Assembly: GCF_009914755.1 (NCBI RefSeq)
Contig: NC_060937.1
Source of the DNA: the human T2T-CHM13v2.0 reference genome, Homo sapiens
Strand: one strand, 5' to 3'
Length of the DNA: 64,000 bases
Shown here: piece by piece, positions 47,663 through 63,216 of the stretch
Layout: each line of letters starts with the position of its first letter
Position numbering within the stretch: position 1 is the first letter of the stretch
Position numbers and translations under genes: made by a program
The notes under the pieces: model-generated
What the model saw: only the letters and a program-made list of their open reading frames with translations
What the model was told of the DNA's origin: nothing
The model's database searches: none

Positions 47663-49899
47663 TTCACCAAAGCCCATACTGTGTTCAAAATATTCCATTG
47701 GTTTCCCTTCTCACTCATAATAAAACCTGAAAGTTAGTAAAATGGGATATATTTTGTTCAGTCTGGAATACTTTAAATAATATGCTTATTTTAAACCACA
47801 ATATAAGTCTCCTGACCTCATGAAAAACATTGACTTTATTAAGACTTGTGATTTAACAAACACACTAGAACAATAGTGGTGGTCAAATCCTAACTCAAAT
47901 TCAAGTAATTTGCAATTCTCTAACTGTTGATGGCAAGACATATGCAATAGAACAGCATCTATGAAAACTGGTAGATTTTAATTCCTCCCTGGCCTATTAA
48001 GATCTCATTTAGAATTCTTTGAGATAGAAATCATTCTGGAAATTGCATTTAGCTTTCCAAGATGCCAACTTCAAGCAATGCCTTTGCAACTATCTCCAGG
48101 GTGTGCTCTATGAGGGGAGGGTGGAAGACTGTTTGGATTGTTTAATGGCTTAAAGTCATTTCAAGATCTCATATAATTTTTTCCTTTAACTTTATACATA
48201 AAAAATTAGATTGACCTAAGTTTAGCTCTTTGGAGAATTAGATTTCCAAATCTAACCTTGACCAGCTATAAATTCAAATGATTTTATCTTTTTTGCTCCA
48301 TGCAAAATGTTTTGTTCCTTGGTTCTAGAGAGAAATTTCACCTTTTCTCCCTGAAAGTGTTTTATGTCATCAAGAAAAAAATCATCTTAAGCATCTCTTC
48401 TGCTATCTCAAGATATTTCCATATCATAACAAATTGTCAACATATTTTACAAATATATTTTGAATTTCTTAATAACTGTTTGCAAAATATGATGATATTT
48501 ACTTTGCTATTTTTTATGACTTTCAGATAATTTTATTTATATGTCAATAAAATAATTGTGATACAATAAAATATGAATTGTTTCGACTGATTATTTTATT
48601 ATATTAAGATAAATATATTTTAAGGTATAATATTTTAAAGGTATAATTTATTCCTCTCTGCATTATATTCTAGGACAAATAAAAAAATCTACTAATTTAA
48701 TATTCTAAAAGCTAACAGTTTAGTGTTATTTATTACATCATTTTCTTTTAAATGGAAACATGAAAAATAAACATATAACCACACTTTGCCTAACTAGTAT
48801 TTTAGCATACCATGTTTTTGCCTACATTCAACAAATTTTTATGCTATTGCCTCATAAATTAGTTAAGAAATTTTTAACTACTCATTCAGTGGTCCTACTT
48901 AAATTAATGATATAATCCATTCGCTGAGCCCTCAGTTAATTCTCACAATACATCATAAAGCAGAGATTAGTATTTTCATTACTATTTCCATTTCACAGAC
49001 AAGAAAAATGAAAATCAGGGACTATACACTAAAATATGTGAACGTTTTTTGTTTTGTATTCAAAAAATTTGAAGGCAGTTTGTTTTACTACAACATTTGA
49101 ACTATATGTAAAGACTCATTTTATGAATATTTATCTTTAAAATATTCTTAAAGTAATTGACACAGCTTTGCTTATAAACACAATTTCATCTCTCAAGTTT
49201 GGCTTTTCGAGATTATTCTCTACATTTCTTTCTTTAGATTTTAGGTAAAAAATAAAAATCACCCTTAAAATTATTTATAAAATATTGAAGTCAAATTTTA
49301 TTGGCAGTATTTCTTTTCAAGTCAATAAATTCAGGCCCAAGAAAAATATTTCTCGCCATATATTCACATTTTAATATAATTTTAAAAATTATAGAAATAA
49401 AAGTAAAAATTCAAAATAAAATACTAATTTTAATGTTTATGCAAATGCTAATAGTGTCTTGAAATAACAGAAAAATATTAACTTTGTATCTACCCATTTT
49501 TAGTTACAATAATTTATTAAATTATTCTCATTTAATAGGTTTATGAAATATAATGGGAAAAACACTTGGAATTAGAAGTTGTTTTATGAATCTTAACTTT
49601 TTCTTATATAGGCTAAGTGACCCTTAACAAGTCACTTAAGTTTTCTGAACCACAATTTTGTTTCCTATAACCTAAGGAAAATAAAATACATACACACCAT
49701 TTTTAATGTTTAATGAAGTATAATTATCCACAAGTGCCTATTGTAGTTCTTGGTAAAATGGAAGTTATGACACAAAAATATTTACCAAGATAAAAATAGT
49801 TTGCATATCACTTTGAAAGTCTTTTTGATATTCATTATGTTATAGTAATCATAATAGATTTATTACGTTTATTTAACTGTAATATAGATGGTTGTTTTT

Positions 49900-51700
49900 C
49901 TATAAAATGAACATTATACTAAAGTCTCGAAGGGTAGACCTATGGACTTGATTTACTGTAGATTCTAGAATAAAAGTTTGGAGAAAATATTTGACATTCT
50001 GTATAAGAATAAGAAAGTTGAGTTCCAATTACAAACAGTAAAAGAATTAGAAAGAGAGACAGACAAAAATGAAAAGAAAATTGAATTAGAAAAGCGTAAA
50101 GTACAAGGAAAATTAGAATAATAGAAAGAAAATTGGCATTTTCATTAGTGAAGTATAGAAGCAGCAAAAGAGAAAATCAAATAATTACTATGATAGTTCA
50201 ACTTCAGTTGCCCTCCCAGACAGGAAAGAAATAAAAAAAACTACATAAAAAAGTGATTAAAATGGGTTATAAATACATGAACAATTTTAAATGCGTATTC
50301 AAACCAGAAAAACAAGACCCTTTCATGGTTTAAAATTAGAACATTGAAGCCAAAGAAATAATCTAAATCAAAATCTATTAAATTGAACTTGGGCTAAAAA
50401 ATCAATCCTGATTTTGAAAATTAAAAGAACTGACTCTTTTAGGTACAGATAATTAAATAAGTATCATATCGCTGTAAATGAAGAAATAAAATTAAATGTA
50501 ATTTCTGGAGAGAAAAATTAAGTGCCTTACCCAGGGTTAAAAATGATACCAGATCAAGTAACTTTCTCTGATAAATTAAACACAATAAGTTAATGTGGTG
50601 GTATCTATAGAATTTTGAAGTCAAACAATTGTGATTTAAAGATATTTATTGAAAAGTCAAGTTTTTATTTATGTATGAAGAACTTTTATAAAGACATAGA
50701 TGTCAGAAAGTATTTAACACTCTCAGTTAAAAGCATCCAGCCACAGTTCAAAGGTCAAAAATTAACAAAAAAAAAACTTCAAACAAAACTAGTTGAACAG
50801 CATCAATAAAACTCTAAGATTTTGTCCACAAACTATACTTAAAATTTTTAAATAGTTAAAAATAGAAAAGAAAGTGAGAAGTGGGAATAATAAAGAGCAT
50901 ATACTTTCATATAGAGTGAAAATTAAATACATTTGTATAGGATTTGTATAGGATGCGCAACTTTGTGCCAACAATTTTAAGAATTTTAACATATGGACAA
51001 TTTACTAGGGAAAAAAATGTTGCCAAATTTGTCTCAACTGGAAAAAAATGTAAGTAATTCAATAACCATAAAATAAATTGAACATAATCATCCTAGTTTT
51101 TTAAAAAATATCAGAAGGGTCCAGAGAATCTAAGGGGATATGGCAAATCTGCAAGCAACTGAGTTATAAATTCTATGTTACATAAGAATTTTGCAGAGGA
51201 TAAAGAAAAACAGAAGAAAACCTGAAAACTCACAGGACTCATTAGGTAAAATCCTCAGCTAAATTACACAACTATATATTTAGAGGATGTGCAATCCTGT
51301 GTTGCTTTGTTTATATTGTTAAATATAAAAACCCCTTAATTTCATCAATATGACAGTAGTTAAATAAAATATGGTACATCCAAACTATGGACTACTATAA
51401 CGATGTTCAACAGAATGATTGATAACTATAAATAATAACATGGAATAATTATCAGGCATATTTTGAGAAATAGAAGCACTTGTAAAATGATAGCATTTGT
51501 ATAAAGAAAGATAATTATGGATATCTGTAAAAATACATGCATTAAAATTCACAGGAAAAGGACTGAAAAGAAGAAGGTGAATGGAAAGGGAATGAATGAG
51601 AAACTTTATTTTTTGTTTTGAATTTTAATATTTTGCTTGGTTCTTCATAATGACATCATATTTATGTGGTACCTTCATATAAAAGCTGTTGAAAAAGAAA
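49900..51700 (+). mobile_element. Highly decayed ancient LINE (L1ME/HAL1-like)
   Basis: A-rich strand bias; taaataaaatatggtacatccaaactatggactact L1M 3' motif near 51360. Confidence 0.45.
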
Positions 51701-51980
51701 GCAAAAATACTATTTTACATGGAAACTTTTCTCAGCTGCAAAATTTTGGTTTATCCTAATTAGTTTTGAAGCTTCTCACAAAGAGTTGGTATTCTTACAA
51801 AAGAATAATTTTGAGAGAGATATATATTTAAAATTAGATTATGTTTTAGGTTTTCTAATGCAATGTTCCTAATCCTCACATTGATTTAGTTTTGTGTTTT
51901 TGCATGTGAGAGAAATTAGTGGAATTACAACCAGTACTTTCGAATGTTGCACAGTGTGGTACTATGTAAATATCATGTGT

Positions 51981-52372
51981 TTGTAATCATCAGGAGAGGT
52001 TATGAATAAACAACAATTCAAAAATGTTAGCATCCTAAAATAACAAAGAATTTTTATTAATTCATGCTAAATGTCCCCATGAGAATTATCATAGGCTTCT
52101 GCTTAGTTGGAGACATAAAATGCAGACTGATAGAAAAACTACTACCTTAAACAGTAGTTTCTTGTCTACAAGAAAAGAAAGTTGCAGGGGTCTTGCAATG
52201 GCCATTGAATACTCTGCTCTGGAAGTAATATACTATGGTTATGTTTACAACTACTTGTGTGTAACCTCCTGACCCCACTTAACCACACAGAGGCTAGGAG
52301 GCAAAATTTTTCTATGTGTAGAGAAGGAGAAAAACCTGGAATATTTGGCAAATAACAATAATGATTACCCCA
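51981..52372 (-). mobile_element. Old MaLR LTR (MLT1I-K-like)
   Basis: taaaataacaaagaattttt...tcatgcta...ctggaagtaata...aaccacacagaggctaggag...ggaatatttggcaaataacaataatgattacc. Confidence 0.6.
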
Positions 52373-54235
52373 CTGTTGTACTTGAATATTGCAGTTAGGA
52401 GGTAAAATTACTGATTTACATAATCCATAGATATTTAAGAAAGTATTTGATGTAAAAATTTACACATATATTGTTGTACTTTATGGTTAGATTATGGCAT
52501 TGAGAAAGGAAGATTGCATTTAGAATCCTAACTCTGTAAAACCTGTTTTGTAATCTTGGACAATTTACTTAAACTGAATAAATTTAATTATTTTATCTTT
52601 AATGAAAGACAATTGTATGTACGTCGATTGCTTTTTCCTGTAAGAACTTGTTGTCTTTATCATTTATGAGGCACTAAATAATGTGCCTGCCCAAAATTGA
52701 GAATTCAGTATTACTGGTTGTAGTGAGGACAATGGCAATATTATCTGCAGTAGTATTGTGACTAATAGTTATATACATTTTATATTGAAAAGTTTTTCAA
52801 TTAATTTAATTCAATGATTAAAATCATGTGAGTTAAAATACAGATCAGGTGAGAAAATCAAATCTATGACTAACTTGCTAAAAGTAAGTCATTTACAGTG
52901 ATTTCTTTAATGTCTCAGGTTAAAGAAATAGAACAGCTTAGATTTAAAACCTGATCAACAAATGCTAAAAATACCAAGAATAAAGGGGTAATGTACATAC
53001 ATAGCATGTACATACACAGCATGTGGCTAAGGTTTAAAAATGTTTAAAATCTGTTATTAATAATGAATCCAATAGTGAATATCAATAGTGTATCAAACAA
53101 CATTCTGGCTCTACATCAATAAAGCTGTGAGGTCCATGAATTGTTATAAGGCTATAAGACACAAATTTTAATATTGATTTCAATATTGATTTTGATTTAT
53201 ATGCAATGTCAAGTACAGTGTACAGAACACTTGTCAAAAATAACAAAAAATCTTATTAGAAGAACAATATTTCCAGTTTCACATTTCGCTTGTTACTCTG
53301 AACTTCCATTTAAAAATACTTTTTAGTAAACCAATTGAACCCTAGTTGAATGTTTAATTATATTTGTTTTAAATCTGTATTGATATCTATTGGTCAACTA
53401 GATAACTTTACCAACAAATTGCCTACAAAAACTACTCTTCAATGTGATTTTTTTAAGGCATAATAAGTCCCAATGTGCCTTCTATCTGTCTCATTGCTTC
53501 CAGAGTTGCCCAAAGTACTTCTGTCTTTCTTTCTTTAAGGCCCAACTGTTCTTGACAAGCCATTGTCAGTACTTTCATTTAGATCTCCTGTTACTGTTTT
53601 GTTGCCATTTCATAACATCTTATTAAAGAGACAGTACTCAGAGTTACATGCAGGAAGTTGATAGGAAACTGCCATTGCTTGGCATTTGTAGCCTAAGGCA
53701 ACTTTCAATCTATATTTGAACAGCTACCAGGATCCCTGCAGCTTGGTAAGTGAGTTCTATATCCATATATCCCAACCTGAAACTGTAATAATTGCATATT
53801 TCAAATGGCTAGGAGTTTGAAGCATATTTAATTAGATCATGGCAAGAAAGATTTATTTGAAGAAAGTAATCCCGAAGACCGTTGTCAAAAAATTTTTATG
53901 AAAAGACTCTGGCCCATAGGTTTGTCCATGTAGATTCCAAGTACAACAAAAGTTTAGGATTCATGGCAATTTCACCATAATCAATATTGCAACCCATTTT
54001 ATGCAGAATGTCCTTACCTCAAACTATTATATAGGTTCTGCTCTACTATCCCATTTTATAGAGAAGGAAAATGAATTTAATCCAATTTAGGTCACTTGTT
54101 AAGTGTATGAAAAGTTAAACTAAAGCAATTTGTCTTTAGAGGAACCGGTGGTGACTGAATCAATAGAATATGTTATTTCCCAAATTTTAAAAAGCTTTAA
54201 GAAGCAAAATACTATGACTTAGTTTTAGTGCATTC

Positions 54236-54422
54236 TAGAGTTTCTCAACTCTATGAATAGGCACTTATTGACATTGTGGATCAAGTAATTATTTCTAGGT
54301 GGAAGACCTACATTGTATGATGTTTAGTGGTATCTCTGTTATTAGATGCCAGTCGCACCCTACAACTAGATTTGACAAGCAAATAAGTCTTTAAACAAAA
54401 TTGCCTCCACTTGAGAATCATT
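54236..54422. mobile_element. MER20 (hAT-Charlie DNA transposon), internally deleted
   Basis: TIR-like ends gtttctcaac / ttgagaatcatt; internal ggcacttattgacatt...cattgtatgatgtttag...tagatgccagt...aaaattgcc. Confidence 0.8.
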
Positions 54423-55329
54423 ATATGGATGAAATAAAACCTACTATTCTAATGTGATTGATTTCAAATACAGTATTTTTCTTTAAAGAAAATATATTAT
54501 TGCTTGAGAATGAGTATAACAAAAAGTAACAGAAGCATGTATTTATATCATTTTTACATATGTAAAAATAAAATATAAAACAATATAAAGGGAAAATCTG
54601 TGACTCATGTTTAATAAGTATGTATAGAAAAATTTACCAGTTTGTAACTTTTATTACAGGCAGTGTCGGTAAGGACCAACTTTTAGACAATTTTGTTTTA
54701 TGTGGATAACTTTTTTTGCAGGTTGAGATATACGACTTTGTCAGATTGTCAGTGACTGAGAATCTCATTGAAATTTACATATCTTATGGGTAAATAAAGA
54801 TGTGGAAAACAAAAATAAGTATGTTGTGCTTATTTATAGTTACTGATTTGGGCATAATCTTACAAATTTTCAGTTGTTTTATATTTTCTCAACATTTTGG
54901 TTTATTTTTGTTAGAACACGGCTTATGTTTCTACATAAACAACTATTTAATACAAGGTTAACCTAGACATCACTAGATGTGTATTTCTAGACACAAAATT
55001 TTTAAACAATATTTATTCACCGTCTGCCACCTGACAAGTTAACCTGTTAACATTTTTTTCATTCATAGACTTTCTCATGTTATTCAAAAATGGTTATTTC
55101 ATATTCCTTCCAAAATAGGGATAAAAATATATACCGATATACAAATACTAAACATATACAAAAGTAAACTTTTTTGTTGTGTAGAATTATTGTATAAGTT
55201 AAAGGAACTAGAAATATGGACCAAATAAGAATGAGAAAATAGAGATAGCAGTCTGAATTCAAACTCCAAACTCTGTAATTATCTTTTCAGTTGTCATCAG
55301 CTAAAATTTCCATTCAGTTATTCTACTCT

Positions 55330-55790
55330 TAGCCAGCTAAAAAAAAATCTTCTGGGAACCTATCCCACATGCAGGATGTTTCAGATTCAGCCACATATTT
55401 GGGTTTATCGTTTATACTCAGTTTAAACACAGAATTTGGACTTCCCTTGATTGGCTCTATTCTTTAAGGTATTTCTTCTTTTATTCTCTAGCGGCTTTGG
55501 GAAGCCAGAATTATATGTTCTGGTTCTGCAAACCAGTAGGACTCTTGATTTCTTCCTAAGTTTTAGCTGTTCGTGGTGTCAACAGGCACTTCTCAGGTAT
55601 AAAGACATAAAAACAAACGAACAAACAAACAGGAAAAGTGCCAAGTGTTTTTACCTATGTTGGTTTTCAGTGGTTTCAAGTGGTTTTTGTTTTCTTGTGC
55701 TTTCTCTTTAAAATTTTTCCCAGTTTACAGTTATCCAAAGGAGGGCTGGTTTGAAAAGGGCAGTTCCTCCATAATCAAAAGCCAATCTGA
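55330..55790 (-). mobile_element. Ancient L1M 5'-region remnant
   Basis: Degenerate L1MD/ME 5' end pattern (ccagtttacagttatc...ggagggctggtttg...ccataatcaaaag). Confidence 0.45.
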
Positions 55791-57254
55791 CACATTTTGA
55801 ATGTTCAATATAAAGTCCAGGCTCCACATCTGAAGTTTTATACTTTCCTGTTGTTGTTCAATTTTGCTGATTTAAATGCATATTTAACTCGCTTAAATGT
55901 ACCTACTCATAGCTAATGGAATTGCATGTTTTAATGATCATAAGTTGTAGGGTGTATTTTATTTGTGCTCATTTACATAATTTGCTGATTAAACTATAAA
56001 TTTAATCTATTAACCTTTACATATATCTTACTTATACAAGCATATAATCAATGCATATTCTTTGCTGAATGAAGTTTATAACTTATAAACTTCTTTATTG
56101 TTGATCAAGCTCTGAAATACTGAAAACAAGAGCTCAGCTTCTATGCATAAACTGAGCGTAAACTATAAACTCAAATATCTGGCTGAATGCTTCCAGTGTT
56201 TTTCTGCTAGGCAGGCTCTGTTATTAGCTTCTTTGAAAAATACATACTTTTTACTAAACTTGGCTAATTTTTCTGTTTTTCCCCTACTTTCTACTGCATT
56301 AATTTATCTTTTCTTCTATCTTTTTTTTCTTCTGTTTTCATTGGCTTTCTTTACGGTCATCTGTCTTTATGCCACACTCTGATCAGTCATCCACATATCT
56401 TTCATAAGCTCCAAGACACATTGGCTAAATTTTTCAACTAAAATTGTAATAAAATCATCATCTTTAATAGGTAGACTAATTTGGTAAGATTAGCCCTTTT
56501 CTCTGATTAATAATATTCTTTTAAAATATATTTTTATGTTCAGTCAGTATTTTTAAACATGATATATACTCTCTTGTGAGAGAGGTAGAGGTAAGAAAAG
56601 AACAACTATAGTGAATTAAATATTACAATAGGTTGGGCTGCATTTGCACACAGGGGAACAATTAACCCACACTGAAATTAGAAAAATACGTAAAGAAAAC
56701 TGAAAGTGGTCTGTATGAGCTGACTCTCAAAAAATATCTGGTTGCCTTACTTAATGTAACTTCATTAACATAACATTTTGGACATTTGCTTTATCTATTT
56801 TAGGCTGTTATTTTAAAAAATAAGCTGATAAGTAAAGCATAAACTGAAATAATATTAAGGCACCCAGCCATTAGCACATTTATTTAAAACATTATATATA
56901 GGAAATTCAAATAAGTTAATTGATTTTCCAACACCAAACATAGGTCCTAGCACATTTGGACTTTGTTATGAGACTGCAATATTAGACTTTGATTTAGGTA
57001 AACAAAGTGTTTGCCACGTAAGAATAAACATTTCAGAAAAATAAAACAGATCATGTGTTACTAGTCTATATAGAGCAACAAAAGAAAGACCACTTTCAAA
57101 GACAAGTGGCAAAGTTCAGAATGGGTAGATAGAATTCAAATCCAGAACCTTAGACTGAATCATTGGTCATGTCAGTGCACCCTGCTATCCAAGCTTGTGA
57201 AAGCCTATTTCATAACTTCACATACCACATATCCCTATAAGAGTATGCCTTTGG

Positions 57255-57543
<289 letters not shown>

Positions 57544-57589
57544 AAGAGTATGCTGTTTGATGTTTTCAAAAAATATAGCTATTTTTAAT

Positions 57590-57785
57590 AAACTTGTTTT
57601 AGAAAAATATTTGATTTACTGAAAAAAAAAAAGAAAAATAACCAAAAGTAGTAAAGAGAGTTTCCATGTACCTCACACTCAGTTTCCACTGTTATGAATG
57701 TCTTATATTCATAACAGTGTAAGTATGCTACATTTTCCATAACTAATGAAACAACACAGATACCTTATTATTAACTAAAGTGTTT
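57590..57785 (-). mobile_element. L1MC-type 3' fragment
   Basis: gagagtttccatgtacc...cagtttcc...ttattattaactaaagt. Confidence 0.65.
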
Positions 57786-59671
57786 ATTTGAATTCAGAGC
57801 AATATTCAAGAAAAAATGTTGCTTACTGAAGAGCATCCTGAGACCATTATTTAACATTTGATTTATTATTTTTATCTTAAGAGAAAGACAACTAAATTAG
57901 ATAAAATAATAAGGAGCTATATTATTTCATATAAATCAAAGGTCAGACACTTTAGAGATTGACTGATACATAGCTTGTCACAAATATCCTAGTTCTAGGT
58001 GTTTCATGATGATCCCAGGCCTCCTGCCTCATAAAATGGCAGAGTGGCAAAAAAGGAATATCACTGGGCTATGTGCCTCTCTCTTCAAAAGTAAGATAAA
58101 AGGTATAAGAAGCATCCAGTAGCCTTTCACTCAGTCTTAATGAACAGAGTTGTAATATATTCCTGCCTGAACAAATCGCTTGGTGAGAGAGGTGAGCCTA
58201 CTATGAATAACAGCAATGAAGCTAAAATGATGAGCTTTTGAGACTTTCAAGGCAACCTGCCTGCTGAAGAACATGGTCACTTGCCAGGTACAGTAAGTCA
58301 GGAATAAGAGCAACAACCAACAATGTGTTGTATGTCTTTCTTACATCAATTTCAATTAATGTAATGTAGGTTTATTTTAATGTTCCATCCCACCAAGCTG
58401 CTGGCGGATTCATTGATTTTAAAACCAGTGGCTTTCTTCTCTCCAGTTGTCATCATGCTACAAAATGTCATCAAATAATTTTCCTGAATAAATTAGAACA
58501 AATTACTTCTATATATCTTCATATGTCACAGCAATTTCTGGAATAAGATAGATGTCTTGATATCTACTAACATTAAATTTGCCTTAAGTTTGCCAATGTG
58601 TTTTTAAATTATTATACGGTGGTACAGAATGTGATGGCATCCTCTCTATCCATCAGCATGGTGTTACAAATAGAAGGGACTTGACACATACTAATCGATG
58701 GGTTTAAATATTAACTTGTTAATAGTCTGCAATACTTTCACAATTTACATTTGATATGTGTCCCTTCAAAAGTAGTTGCAATAAGGCTTGACATAATAAA
58801 ATCTCTCTATTTTTGCCCATGTTGGAAATCTACATCTTTTCTGAATTATTCATTCCAGAATAGTCTCCACTGCTGCTATTTTCCTACATCGCACTCTTTA
58901 GTCATGTATTTTCAGACATCCTTGAAATACTTCTGCAAAAGCTTAAAATATTAAAATGATAGAGACAATTCCTAAGACAAACATAAAAATCACAATATTA
59001 GGATATAAATTATTACTTTTTAGACAAATTCTATTATGTGTTGGCAGCTGATTATGTCATTTGCACTATAAATTTTTTCTCAAAATGATAAATTAAATAT
59101 TTAAGGTTTCTAACATGAATGAATGTATACAGCATTATCTTCACAGTTTTTTGTCATTTACTTATTTCCACAAATAATACTGCAAATAAAAAACACAAAA
59201 TGCACAGTATAGATCATTAAGAAGAGAACATTTCAGAATGCTTATATCAGACACAATTTCTTCCCATAGAAAGTTACTACAAAATTTTATTTTTTTAACG
59301 AATAATATTATAAAGGAAAATCTCCAATTGTAACGTAGTATTTATTGCAATTTTATGAAGTGTCTGTTAATAAGTTAGGAACCATGGTGAGAAGAGGGAA
59401 TGTTTTCAGTACCCTGGAAATTATTTGGGATATCCTCATGAATAAGAGCATTTCTAAGGATACATTCATGCTAAAACAATCTCAAGTATTATGCCCACAT
59501 TGTTTTATTGAGGGCAGATAGAGATAATAGAATATTGTTGACATTAATGGTACACTATTTTTCAGGTGTTTTTAAATCTCCTTTTCATGTAATAATGCAC
59601 CTAGTTCCTGCAACACCTCTGTAAGCAAAGTTACATTCTTTTTCACATTTTGCCTGTAAAGCCACAGAAGC

Positions 59672-59961
59672 GGCCAGGCGCGGTGGCTCACGCCTCTAAT
59701 CCCAGCACTTTGGGAGGCCAAGGCGGGCGTATCATGAGGTCAGGAGTTCGAGACCAGCCTGACCAACATGGTGAAACCCTGTCTCTACTAAAAATACAAA
59801 AATTAGCCGAGCGTGGTGGCACGCACCTGTAATCTCAGCAACTCACCAGGCTTAGCCAGGAGAATCACTTGAACCCGAGAGGTGGAGGTTGTAGTGAACC
59901 AAGATAGCACTCCAGCCTGGGCAACAGAGCGAGGCTCCATCTCAAAAAAAAAGAAAAAAAA
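59672..59961 (+). mobile_element. AluSg-like
   Basis: ggccaggcgcggtggctcacgcc...atcatgaggtcaggagttcgagaccagcctgacc; imperfect TSD gccacagaagc/gccacgcaagc. Confidence 0.95.
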
Positions 59962-61238
59962 TGCCACGCAAGCACAGTGAAATTTAAATCATGCCACCCA
60001 TGGTAAGGTTGTACAGCTGGTCAAAGCAGGAGCTAAGGGCTTCTCAGGCCTATACAGAACTTTTACATGAATTAGAACAAGAAAAGCATATTTTCTTGGT
60101 TAAAGTGATTCTAAATGAAATATTATTGCTGAATAAAATGTATGTCAAATGCAAATTTACGCCATATAAGTTATAAGAAAAAATTGAACACTAAAAAATC
60201 AAATTTAATCAACTTTATTAAGAATTCAAAGCCACTAGGAGATATATTTTTATCAATAATTGTATATTTTCTGTTCTTGAAAATATTTAGCATGAAATTT
60301 TCAGTGCTACTCAATATCTTTATTTCTATAGAAACTATCACTAGATTCTAAAGATTTTTTGTGACATTAAAACTTTATGAGTTTTTGATAAATTTTAATT
60401 ATTAGAATCAATGTTTTCCACATAGACCAATACTGGCAAATTTAAATACATTCTGAAATGCACAAAGTATTCAAATAAATATGTATTCATTAATATATAT
60501 GATAATATTATATCAAAGAGTAATTTCTTTAGTTTGTAATACATTAATATATGACCAATAGTAAATATCCAGCAGTTAATTTCAGTTTTACAATTTTACT
60601 TGGTTGGAGAAATACATAATTATTGTAAGTTTTCATTTAAATATGTAATCAACAATACTGATAAAATTCTTTCATTAAATCTATAATATATTTGCATACG
60701 ATAGCAAATAAAATAGATTTTGAAACTTAATTTTTGATTACAGACAAGTTGATGATGATATTCATAGTTAAAATAAATTGTCTTTGTCAATCTTAACACT
60801 TCATATGTGGAGAACTTGGCATCAATATCAAGAGGTTATGCAAAAGAGTGTGCATGTTGCATATTTAACTGAGATTTTTAAAATAATAAAATAAAGTCAA
60901 CTTCCCCACTATGAATTCAATAATGTTTCCAAAATTATGTTTAATGAATAAATAATTCCAGATATGGGATTTTTAAGAAAAATTAAACAAAAGCAAGAAC
61001 AATTAATAAATCAATACATATTTTTGCAATTCACTCTAAAATTTTACCAAATATTATTTGGAAACTGTTATACAGAATCAATAGTGTTTGAGACAGTTTT
61101 TGTGCATTGTTACCTAACAAGGTAAGATAATGAAAAAATTATTAAATTTTTGTCCTAAGATTTGTGAAGAGACACTTATTTTCTTCCCACCCTAATTTTG
61201 TTGCACATTTGTAAAAGAGTATTATCTAAATTCTTTAG

Positions 61239-61608
<370 letters not shown>

Positions 61609-63216
61609 CAATTTTTAACTTCTAAAAAATATTTCAAATAATATTTTGCAATAGAAATATATTTGTAATGGAAATACACAGATTTAACAATATTTGTTTA
61701 TAATTCTGCATGGCTTATATTGAGCACTGTACTTACACAATCTTGTGATGCTAAGTTTTTATTGCCTAAACATTAATTCATTTTATGTAATAATGTAAAT
61801 TATTTTTGAATTTTATCCCTGTGAGTATTTAACATCATTTAGCATTGATATTTGCACAAATATGAAAAAAAAAATTTAGAAAATATTGCTGTGATTTCAC
61901 CAAAGTAATAAATTCTCACTGGTGTTTATAAAGGTTCTTGGTCAATCCTCTGGGTCCATGGCATAGTCTCACCAAAAATCAAAGGAAGTTTATTTAGATT
62001 CAGTACTATAAATAAAGTAAAATTTTTCAGGACAAACTTTGCTTCTGAATATTCATTACTATTATTAATGAGCATTTCACTTTATTCATTGCTTTTAAGC
62101 ATATGATACAGGTATGCACCAATTCTTTTTTCGATTTTATTTCCATAATCCAAATAAACCTTTGAGGTAAGATACAGTAATGATAATTTAGCAGCATTTT
62201 CTCCATTTGAAAGGATTCATATTAGTAAATCTTTGAAAATTCTTTACTTACAAACATTTTCGAAATTTTTATTTTTATATGATATATTATTTTCAACAAG
62301 ATTACCCAGATGTTTATTATTAAATTATGTTGCTAAGTAGCTAGAAATGATAGATAGTATGGTTGATTTAATGAAATATTAAATATTTTAATCTCCTATT
62401 TTTTGAAATTCACCATTTTTACTTGACAAAGAGATTAATAAATTCATATCTTGCATTAACAGTGATATATGTGTACTATGTTCTGCTGACATTAATAGCT
62501 CTCATGTTTTTTACTCTTTTTCCTCACATTCCATCTAATTTCTACAAAAATGCATTCAATAATCAGTATTATTTTATTTCAATTTCTTTTCAAATAGCTT
62601 TCTGTTTCTGTTATCTTATTGTTGTAAATTTTTTTCGTACACATGAAGAAAATTATATTATACCTTAGAAGTTCAGCTTAGAATTTGTAGAATTTTAAAA
62701 TATTGAGTATATAACAAGACACTACAATTTACCAGCAACTAATTACTTTCTGAGAAATTTTCCTCATCTAAATTTAAATATCCTATAATTATGAAGTATT
62801 TTACCTTATATATGTATTTAGCATTTTATGGGCTACTAGTGATGAATATTAGTCGTTATGTAGGGACTTACAATAAAATTGTGAACTCATCAATACCCTT
62901 CTAAATTTAGTATATAAATATGAAGTTAAATAAATTGAAATATAAAGCATTAAATGTAGTAAATTTTTAAAACTAATAATAGTGTACTTTATTACTCCTT
63001 AACAATTAGTAAATCAAAAGGAAAATCAGAACCTTCATTATATACATGAGTTATTCTTGATAATTTTGATTAATGAGATCAAATCATTTCTTATTTTTTG
63101 ATATGACACATGGCTATCATTTACATTTGCCATAGAACTTATTTTAATTTCGATCAAATTGTCATAATACACAGATTTTGTTAGAACAGATCTTTAATTG
63201 GCTACCTAAAAGTAAA

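Noticed and set aside
53580-53752. Exon ending at TTG|gtaagt
   Set aside because: Strong donor but no convincing acceptor or coding frame; isolated donors are common.
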